A stretch of DNA of 12,035 nt. Origin: Zygophlyctis sp. KS116 (lineage: Eukaryota > Fungi > Chytridiomycota). Under the pieces are notes generated by a model. The model was not told the DNA's origin and made no database searches. It worked only from the letters and a program-made list of their open reading frames with translations. The DNA lies in contig BAAFSQ010000299.1 of the NCBI GenBank assembly GCA_054661495.1, positions 1 through 12,035 of the forward strand, written 5' to 3'. This document shows positions 1 to 8,153 of the stretch, in pieces; the first letter of the stretch is position 1; every line of letters starts with the position of its first letter. Position numbers and translations under genes: made by a program.

Positions 1-1822
1 GTTGATTCTCAAAATCAATTAGACAAGACTAGCCGACCAGTTAGCCATATGTCTCTTGCAGAAGATAATTCTAATGTGGGTGTTGCAGTAAAAAGCAAAA
101 ATGATTTGGTTTGTACTGAAGACGAACACAAGTTTGCTCAAAGCATGGATGCAAGAAAAAGCAGACGTAATTCAAATTTTGGGGGTGTTACAACACGAGA
201 TAGGAAAGGATCGCTTAGTTTAGACAGATCTTCACCAATGAGTCTTAAAAATAGAGGGGCTACTCCCAAAAATAGCGATTTAGCAGGCCGTAGAAAATCT
301 TTAAAAGGCGGTGAACAGCTTAGCGAGTATATGGGTAGAAGAAAATCTTTAAAAGGTGACCAGTTATTGGCATCTCTAGACAGAAAAAAATCTTTAAAAA
401 ATCCTGCAGAAAGTGATTATGACTCAAGACGTAGGTCTATACGATTACATGAATCTTTAAGTGAAGAAGAGTTAGAAAGTAACGAGAATATAGTTCCTTC
501 TGTATCTGAACCTACAGCACCTCCGGAGCTGCATCTTCTAGGCTCAGTTAGAGTCAAAGAATTATGGATCTGGGCATTTTGCTCTATTTTAAGATCAAAT
601 AAAATGAAAAATGCTGGAGGTCTCAATCAAAAACTTACCCCGGCAGATAGAACAGAATCTGAAAGAAAGTTTACGGCTTCTTATGATCTAAACACTATTC
701 GAAATTTCATACAAATCAGCAGAATCTTCAATAAGAAAAAGAATGTTGAATCAGATGAAGACTTTGCAGAGTTAAATTCAATTTTAGGTGTCACACCATT
801 CTTCTCCAAGTTTCCTCAGGATCTCCGACCTAGATTATATAAAGAAGTCCATTTTGCTACATATCCCAAAGGAAAGAAACTAATCAAAGAAACTAATCAA
901 GCCGAATGCTGTTATATTCTAATTTTAGGTGAAATTATTCAATTTTCAGAATCTTCAGTCTCACGAATCAATGAATTGGGAAATATTGTTGGAGAATTCT
1001 TAAGTACTACCCCCTCAGAGCCCAGAAACTATTCGGCAACTTGTTTAATGCAAACAAGTGTAGTATATGTGCCCAAGCAGATCTGGCTAAAATACAGCAG
1101 AGAGGCTAAACAGTATGAAGCATATCAACTTGATGCATTATCAAATGTCAAATTCTTTAAAAATTACGCAAAACCTGATTTGATAAAGATATGTGCTAGA
1201 GGGTATATTTTCAATTATAATATTTTAGATATATTCGTTATTTTAACCCAGTAACTTTTATTCTTCAATCTGGTGAACCTTCAGACTCTATTTATTTTAT
1301 TATAAAGGGTAAAGTACAAATCCTACATCTTTTTGAATTTGTTAAATCCATTGATCATTTTATTGATCGGAAATATACGGTAAGTTCCTGCTGTCCTCTA
1401 AATTTTAGATATCAGCATATAATGGCAATAATATCAATGAAGGAGATGAACTTGTAAAAGAGTTGGGACTTATCTCTGAATTAGTTCCTGGAAACTTTTT
1501 CCCTCCAATCACTTCCACGCCCACTCTATTTAAATCTATTATAAATCCGTGGAGTTATCTTTCTGGAGATTGTACAGTTGAAGTCTTTGTGATGCCTAAA
1601 AGTGATTTACTTGAAGTCATTCCTGATTCGCTGATTTCAGACTTAAAAACCGTCAGCTTCTTTCCCACTCGCGAGACGTTAGTTTTGGTACAAGATCGTT
1701 ACCTCTTTCTTCACGGTTGGGCTGAAGCTTGGAATGATTCACATATTTCTGAACGGATCTCGAATGAAATTGTAAAGAGAGGTGTAACCTTTGAAAACTT
1801 TTGTAAAGTTTGGGGTGCATAA
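1..1822 (+). CDS. Tandem cyclic-nucleotide-binding (cNMP/CAP_ED) domain protein, possibly 5'-truncated
   Basis: Exons (1 or 49)..1202, 1229..1379, 1409..1822; introns 1203-1228 (26 nt) and 1380-1408 (29 nt). The frame is open from base 1, so the true start may lie upstream of ATG 49 (572 aa from ATG 49). First domain: FFSKF...YPKGKKLIKE...CYILILGEI...GEF...RNYSATC. Splicing restores a second domain, FILQSGEPSDSIYFIIKGKVQI, and joins in frame to ORF 1463..1822. Confidence 0.85.
241..450 (+). repeat. Degenerate coding repeat of [R/K]-[R/K]-K-S-L-K units with about 15-16 aa period
   Basis: agaaaatctttaaaagg occurs at 292-308 and 340-356, and aaaaaatctttaaaaa at 385-400. The peptide reads SLKN / GRRKSLKGG / GRRKSLKGD / DRKKSLKNP / SRRRSIR. 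Confidence 0.75.
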
Positions 1823-1924
1823 GTGTTTTTAAAGATCAAACTCCAGAATGAATAAAAATTTGCATTTTGCGGCTTAAGATCAATTTTTAAACTAAAATTA
1901 TATCCTTATAATTGACCATCAAAA

Positions 1925-3145
1925 ATGGATCTTTCGCTCATGGTGATCAATTTGTCTGATCCTCTCACCACTCATAATCCCTCCACTGCCTCTAAACCGG
2001 AATACTATGCATCTCTTTTCCTCTTTTATTCCTTTTTTAATTTAATCAGAGCTAGCTTTGGCTCTGCATGGATGATTGTTGAAGATTCTGATGAAATCGA
2101 TGCTATAGCTGTTTATTCAAAACCGCAACTTATTCTAAACTCGATTTCTTGTACAATGTCCTTGATCGCAATCATCAGTGTCATGATCAGACTAAAAGAT
2201 GATAATCTTTTATTATTATTAACTGCAATTATATCTATATTCATACAAATCTCTACTAGTATTGCATCATTGATCTCATTTTACTTTATCATTAGAAAAG
2301 GGAGAATATTTTTTGTCACTCAGGGATATTTAGCTTGTACATTATCTATTATTTTAGGGGGTTTATCTCTAATTTTATTCTCTATTGATCTGATATATCT
2401 AAGAAACTCTAAAAAAGCATTTAATTCATCTCAAAAAAGATTAATTTTTGCATTTTTCTTGGCACTTTTAACAACTATTTCTGGTGGATTTCTATTCATG
2501 TATTTAGAAGACTGGACTTTTGAAAAATCTATACAATTTGTAATTGTAACTCTTTTAACAATTGGTTATGGTGATGTATCTGCAACTCAAAATACTACTA
2601 AAATTGCACTAATGACATTTTCAATTTTTGGTTTAGTATTAATTGGATTTTTTGTGATTTCAATTGGAGATGTAATTGTAGAAAAATGTCAATATTCTGC
2701 TCTTCAACAATCTAGAAAAACTTCTTTAATTTCTCTTTCTACATGGACTAGACCTTTTTTTAAACAAATGCATTCAAGAGTTAATACTACTAGAAATTCA
2801 CACCTATTCAATGAAAATGATAGATATGATGCGGATGAACCATTAGAATCTAGATTAATTTATACCATACTATTTTGGATATTATTATACTGGATAGTAT
2901 CATCGTTAATTTTCTCTTGGTTAGAGGGATGGTCAATTTTGGATGGATTTTATTTTACATTTGTCACAATGACTACAATTGGATACGGAGATTTGCATTT
3001 AAGAAATCCTATTTCTTGGGATTTTTGGTATTTCTTTATTTTCAATGCAGTTTCTATTATAGCTTTTGTGGTGGAAGGATTTGGACATGATTTTGGTGTA
3101 CGATTGAATCGCATCTTTAGAAATTATTACTCTGATGACGGCTGA
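1925..3145 (+). CDS. TOK1: TOK-family two-pore-domain outward-rectifier potassium channel (8 TM / 2 P), 406 aa
   Basis: Intact single ORF with two selectivity filters (TLLTIGYGD, TMTTIGYGD), each preceded by the typical F..LE(D/G)W turret. Four additional N-terminal hydrophobic helices give the 8-TM TOK architecture. Confidence 0.88.
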   Translation: MDLSLMVINLSDPLTTHNPSTASKPEYYASLFLFYSFFNLIRASFGSAWMIVEDSDEIDAIAVYSKPQLILNSISCTMSLIAIISVMIRLKDDNLLLLLTAIISIFIQISTSIASLISFYFIIRKGRIFFVTQGYLACTLSIILGGLSLILFSIDLIYLRNSKKAFNSSQKRLIFAFFLALLTTISGGFLFMYLEDWTFEKSIQFVIVTLLTIGYGDVSATQNTTKIALMTFSIFGLVLIGFFVISIGDVIVEKCQYSALQQSRKTSLISLSTWTRPFFKQMHSRVNTTRNSHLFNENDRYDADEPLESRLIYTILFWILLYWIVSSLIFSWLEGWSILDGFYFTFVTMTTIGYGDLHLRNPISWDFWYFFIFNAVSIIAFVVEGFGHDFGVRLNRIFRNYYSDDG

Positions 3146-3209
3146 ATGACCTAAGCCACCAAGACGCGACAATAAAATTTTAAGCTTTGAAAAAAATTGA
3201 CGTAATCGC

Positions 3210-4630
3210 ATGTCTAAACAGCTTTCGTCAATTGCTATGCAGCAGCAGCAGCAGACTGCGCTCTTTGAATTGAGAGTTGGAAATAAGTACAAAATAGGAA
3301 GAAAAATTGGATCAGGAAGTTTTGGAGACATTTATCTCGGAAGTTCTATAATAAATGGAGAAGAAGTTGCTATTAAAGTAGAATCGGTAAAGGCTAAACA
3401 TCCACAACTGGAATATGAAGCTAGAGTCTATAAAAGCTTGGCTGGAGGAGGTAATTGTTGGTCTTTAATACATAGTTGGTATTCCCTTTGTTCGTTGGTT
3501 TGGCCAAGAAGGAGAATATTATTGTATGGTTATTGACCTTTTAGGACCGTCGCTAGAGGATTTATTTAACTTTTGTGGAAGAAAGTTTTCTTTAAAAACT
3601 GTTTTACTGTTGGCAGATCAGTTGATTGCTAGAATTGAGTTTATTCACTCAAAAAACTTTTTACATCGAGATATTAAACCAGACAACTTTCTTATGGGAC
3701 TGGGGAAAAGAGGAAATCAGGTGAATGTTATTGATTTTGGTTTGGCAAAGAAATATCGAGATCCAAGAACTCATTTGCATATTCCTTATAAAGAGAATAA
3801 AAATTTAACTGGAACGGCGAGATATGCTAGTATCAATACACATCTGGGAGTCGAACAATCAAGAAGAGATGATCTGGAATCACTAGGATATGTAATTATG
3901 TACTTTTGTCGAGGTTCTCTTCCTTGGCAGGGACTAAAGGCGGCCACAAAAAAGCAGAAATATGATAGAATTATGGAAAAGAAAATGACTACTTCTACTG
4001 AAGCTCTTTGCCGGTATTTTATATTTACTAAATTTTAGTGGATTTCCCAATGAATTTATTACCTATCTCAATTACTGTCGCTCTCTTCGTTTTGATGATA
4101 AACCAGATTATTCATATCTTAGAAAACTTTTTAGAGATCTTTTCATTCGAGAAGCTTACATTTATGACTATGTGTTTGACTGGACAGTCGTAAAATATCG
4201 AAATGAGGGAAAAGATAAGGATACTGCAGAAAGGGCCGCTGCCGCTCATGCTGCTTCTAATGAAGCTGCATTAAGAGATGATGCTGTGTAAGATTTAATT
4301 TTTAATAATATTAGGCGAAGTTCCGCTGCACAAAGGGACTCTGTTCGTGATTCCACTGGAAAACGGCCAATGACGAATTCAGCAGTAGCTTCCCCTATTG
4401 TTAGCAGCAAAGCTAATACTCCTCAACTAATGCATGAATCTTCCAGTAAATCTAATCAAGGTGGGCATCGAAATTCCGCTCCTTACAACTCTGGATCTAT
4501 GGAAATGAATCAAAATGAAACAAGAAGTTCTTCTAGAGTAGCCAGTGCTGCTCCTACTGGTGCTGCCTCCCCCGCTGTTCCATCTGGAAGTTCAAGCAGG
4601 AAGCCCAGCGCAAGTAGAGACAGAACTTAG
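3210..4630 (+). CDS. HRR25: Casein kinase 1, delta/epsilon-like (Hrr25/Hhp1 type), 447 aa
   Basis: Exons 3210..3450, 3476..4013, 4039..4287, 4315..4630; introns of 25, 25 and 27 nt. Motifs: [17 protein letters not shown], spliced [46 protein letters not shown], spliced CRGFPNEF...YDYVFDWT. The tail is Ser/Ala-rich with no terminal Cys-Cys, so it is not Yck1/2 type. Confidence 0.95.
3240..3254 (+). repeat. (CAG)5 microsatellite encoding a short polyQ in the CK1 N-terminus
   Basis: atg cag cag cag cag cag act is seen directly. Confidence 0.8.
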
Positions 4631-4720
4631 GCCTGGTATTTGATCTCAAGCATTTAAAGCACCAGTGTTGGGACAAATTTAGATCACTTTTAGAAAATGT
4701 TGAGAATGTTTTTCGAATTT

Positions 4721-5591
4721 TTAACTTCTTTCTACTCCTAACTCTAATAATTTAGAGTATGCCTGAGCAAAATCATTTCTCCAAAGTTCATTATTTACCG
4801 CATATCGATTAATGAGTACATTATATACTGGATCCTTTAAGAGAGCAATGTCCGAAGGTAACATCATTACGAATTCATCTTGATCCTCTTCATCCACAAA
4901 CTGAAGCGGTCCATTCCAGACTTTTGGAATCCAGTTTTTTTCAGTCAACAGTTTAAAATAAGTATTAGCAAACATGATTGGAGTATTAGTCCAAGGACCT
5001 TCATATCCAGACCGATCCTTGTGAGCCCGACCAACACAATGAGCCCCAATAAGTGCAACTGTTTCTTGATCATTGAATCCCATCCTTGTGAAAACACTCC
5101 GAATATGATCTGCTCCGCGTGCAGCCTCTGGCAACCTTCCATTCTCTGGAACAGCAATCTTGCTAGAATGGCTATTTAAAGTAGGCATATTTATCCCAGA
5201 ATCTGATCTATCCATAATTGGTTTATCAACACGTCCGGGCTTCCATTGAATGACTGGACCTCCCATTGTTTCAACCGACACGACTCCTGCTAAAGTCCAT
5301 AAATCCGCATAACTAATATAGGGATATTTTTCCTTTATTGGTTCTAAAAGCTCCTGAACTTTATCCAATCCAGAATTTTCAGGATCATTCTTTTCAGGAT
5401 CCAGTCTCATTCTAACAGTTAAATGTTCAAGATTACGTTGCTCCATTTGAGCCTCCAGTTTTACTATGAGCATCAAAAGTCCCACTTGCATGCCAAGAAA
5501 GCCTGATAAATGCAGGACCTAAAAAACAAGAGTCATCCCAATCTGGAGTAGGAAGTATACTCTTTATTTCATTCCTGATCTCGTCAAACAT
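4721..5591 (-). CDS. Class I heme peroxidase (cytochrome c peroxidase / ascorbate peroxidase family, Ccp2-like), 281 aa
   Basis: Exons 5591..5437 and 5411..4721; 25-nt intron 5436-5412 (gtaatc...ctgttag) restores GGSNGATMR. Distal IRLSWH, SYADLWTLAG, proximal GAHCVGRAH, GPWT and MLPSD are all present. The ORF-track start at 5615 is TTG; the first in-frame ATG is at 5591. Confidence 0.92.
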
Positions 5592-5644
5592 TTCGCGAAA
5601 CGGAATTCCGGACAAAAATCAAATCTTGAAAGAAATTAGATTTA

Positions 5645-6663
5645 TTAAAATTCCAACATTTCAGCCAACAAATTCTTTACAGTAATTGCCCCAATAACCT
5701 TCTTGTCTTCAATCACCCATAATCGATGAATCTTGTTCCCATTCAACTTTTCAATTACAGTTTTTAGAGTATCATTTTTAGAAACTGTTACATCCTCCAC
5801 AGTCAGACTAGATCTCTTTATAAATTCTCCACATTTTTCATCATACAAGACACGAATATCTGCTGCATTACTTGAAATAGCGCGGATATGTCTTGTAGAA
5901 ACACAACCAATAATTCCTTCATTTGAATCTACAATAGGTACTGCAGAAACATGGGTAGAAATTATTAATCTAAAAGCCTCGATAGCCTTTGCAATTTGAT
6001 TCACAATAATTATTCCAGTATCTTGATATAAATCAAGTTTAGAATCATGTAATTTCTTAAAAATTGGAACCATGTGTTTCAAATTCTGTACTTTAACATT
6101 TAAAAAATTAGAATCCAAGTCTGATATCCCATTAAAAATCTCTTGAACAATTTGAGTAATTGTAATAACATGAACAACTTTTCCCTGATCATTTAGCACT
6201 GGAATACGTCTATAGTCCCCAGAGAGAATAGTTTTACCAATTACAGCAAAATCTAAAACTGAGTAAATTAAATTACTAGATGTATCATGTATTTTAACAT
6301 GAGACTGAACCATTAAATCCTCTACGAATGTCTGATTGAATCGTACATACATATCAGCTTCACGGTAAGGAATAGATTCCAACAACAACTCCCAATGCAG
6401 ACTAGCAATAAAGTTTACGACTTCCAACTAGAGTTAATACTATAAATTACCAGACCAATAAGTCCTTTAAATTCACCACTGTACATATCAAATACTGGCA
6501 TGGCAAGAATATTATAGTGTACAAGTTTCTACTTTAAGTGACTCTAAATTACTTTGAAAGCAACTTCGATTGGGTCTTTCTCATCAACAGATACAAGCTC
6601 TACTTGTAATTGGGAGAGGTCTTTAATGCTCTTATCAGTCAGGAATTGTACTGGACTCTTCAT
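5645..6663 (-). CDS. CBS-domain protein, probably four CBS motifs (AMPK-gamma/Snf4/Sds23-like architecture), 323 aa
   Basis: Exons 6663..6553, 6528..6451, 6427..5645; introns 6552-6529 (24 nt) and 6450-6428 (23 nt). CBS cores: NILAMPVFD..GEFKGLI, YRRIPVLND.GKVVHVIT, VSAVPIVDS..GIIGCVS, IHRLWVIED.KVIGAIT. Confidence 0.85.
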
Positions 6664-6689
6664 TAAAATCAAAAAACTATCGGAATCTA

Positions 6690-7058
6690 CTAGACTTTAT
6701 TTGTAGTAAACCAATCTTTCAGGACATGTGTATAATCTCCCTTGATAACTATTTGTTTCATGATGGGTTTACTGGAAATGGAATCTTTAGGAATGAATTT
6801 GGAAATTTCCCTTGTCAAATCCTATCTTTTAAAATTCATTCTAGTTACCTCTACATTCCCAACAATCTTTCTAATCCTGGTAATCGGCATTCCTCTCTTG
6901 AAATTTCGATATATAGGTAATTGCATTGATGCAGTTGTATCAAGAGTAAAAGTCTTTTTTTTTACTAAATGTGGCTCTGCAAGGATTTCTCCAGGAGCAA
7001 GTGGGGATTTAGTGGGCTTTAGAATCTTTTTGATGTGGAATAATCGCTTTGAAATCAT
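6690..7058 (-). CDS. IMG2: Mitochondrial large-subunit ribosomal protein mL49 (Img2/MRPL49), 113 aa
   Basis: Exons 7058..6849 and 6821..6690; 27-nt intron 6848-6822. It has a basic presequence-like N-terminus (MISKRLFHIKK) and LPIYRNFKRGMPITRIRKIVGNVE. The spliced second exon DLTREISKFIP...QIVIKGDYTHVLKDWF matches the mL49 pattern (LPVY...T.IRK..G; IKG.....K.WL). Confidence 0.85.
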
Positions 7059-7134
7059 TTTGGATTTTACTAATATTCTAAAGATTTAGCAAATTCTTTA
7101 CTTTCTAGTGAAAATTTAACTAGAGTCAAGAGAA

Positions 7135-8070
7135 ATGATTGGTTTTCTGCTTGCATTATTTGCATCTATGGCTACATCTATGGCTACATCTAAAGAAAAT
7201 TCTATAATCATGGCTAAATCAAACTCTTTTGCTATAAAATTAAATCACAAGTCTATTTATTCTTTTTTAACAAGTACAAGCTCAGGAAAAGTATACCAGG
7301 GACCAAAAGTAAAAGGTTTAAAGAATTCAAATCTCAAGAAATTCAAGGGAAATATTGACAAGAATAGGAAAAGTAGGAAGAATGCAAAAAGGAGGACAAT
7401 GAATAAAGGACTGGAAAATGATCAAGTTTGTAGGATCAAAGAAGTTAAAATTGATTGGGAGCCTTTAAGATCAGATTTTATTCTCAAAGATGGTAATTGT
7501 TTTTATAGAGCAGTTTCTTACCAGATTTATGGAAATCAAATTTCACATTATAAAATTCGTAAGAATGCTATGCAGGTCATTCAAAATCAAAAAGAAAGGT
7601 TTAATTATCTTTTAGGAGATTTTATACCTGATGAATCAGGACAAAGAGCACTTAAAAAGACTTTAAATGAAACTGCAAATTATACTGGAGTAGATTTATT
7701 CACTAAAATTCATTCAATAAGCGGTGTATTTGCTGAAAATGAAGATATTATAGGAACTGCAGTCGCTTTAGGTTGTAAAATAAGGATATACTATGCAGAC
7801 TTGGGGTTATGTTATATTTACACGCCATATAATCTGAAAGAATACAGTACTATTGACTTGTACTTGAAAAGAAATCATTATGAAGTTTGGCTCAAGAATA
7901 ATTCTCAGAGAATGGACATCAATCGTAGTAAATTTTCAATTATCAATTCTGAAAAGTCAAAATCAAATTCTCAAGTATCAGACAATAGGATTATCAAGAA
8001 GATTCGACAGATTATTTCTGTATTTTTGATATTTTTGCTTCTAAAGAGAAATACTACTTTAGCTAAATAA
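7135..8070 (+). CDS. OTU-family cysteine protease/deubiquitinase with signal-peptide-like N-terminus and hydrophobic C-terminus, 311 aa
   Basis: Cys box ILKDGNCFYRAVSYQIYG (D119, C122) and His box LKRNHYEV (H248, E250). N-terminus MIGFLLALFASMATS; C-terminus IISVFLIFLLLKR. No intron is needed. Confidence 0.85.
   Translation: MIGFLLALFASMATSMATSKENSIIMAKSNSFAIKLNHKSIYSFLTSTSSGKVYQGPKVKGLKNSNLKKFKGNIDKNRKSRKNAKRRTMNKGLENDQVCRIKEVKIDWEPLRSDFILKDGNCFYRAVSYQIYGNQISHYKIRKNAMQVIQNQKERFNYLLGDFIPDESGQRALKKTLNETANYTGVDLFTKIHSISGVFAENEDIIGTAVALGCKIRIYYADLGLCYIYTPYNLKEYSTIDLYLKRNHYEVWLKNNSQRMDINRSKFSIINSEKSKSNSQVSDNRIIKKIRQIISVFLIFLLLKRNTTLAK
7163..7192 (+). repeat. 12-bp tandem duplication (2.5 copies) encoding SMAT-SMAT-S
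   Basis: catctatggcta catctatggcta catcta is seen directly. Confidence 0.85.
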
Positions 8071-8153
8071 ATTTGCAAACATTATAATTTTACCAGTCCG
8101 GTCCCTGATTGCCGAGTCTGAAACGGAACAAAACGGAATTTTTTCATTTGTAA

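Noticed and set aside
417-626. ORF 417..626 (-), and likewise 10828..11055 (-)
   Set aside because: Short antisense shadows of well-supported genes.
1-3145. cNMP-domain gene and K+ channel as one cyclic-nucleotide-gated channel gene
   Set aside because: The first gene has a stop at 1822 followed by AATAAA (1851-1856), the channel has its own aaaaATG, and the domain order is opposite to CNG/HCN channels.
2875-3331. ORFs 2875..3090 (+) and 2999..3331 (-), including a CCCCC run
   Set aside because: These are alternative-frame or antisense overlaps of TOK and CK1; the poly-Cys is just the reverse complement of the (CAG)5 repeat.
3210-5615. CK1 and peroxidase as frameshifted pseudogenes
   Set aside because: Every break is resolved by a 25-27 nt GT-AG intron that restores conserved motifs.
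4880-5999. ORFs 4880..5179 (+), 4945..5157 (-) and 5733..5999 (+)
   Set aside because: They are shadow frames within the peroxidase and CBS genes.
6726-7089. Plus-strand ORFs 6726..6920 and 6742..7089
   Set aside because: They are antisense shadows of the spliced mL49/Img2 gene and have no recognisable motifs.
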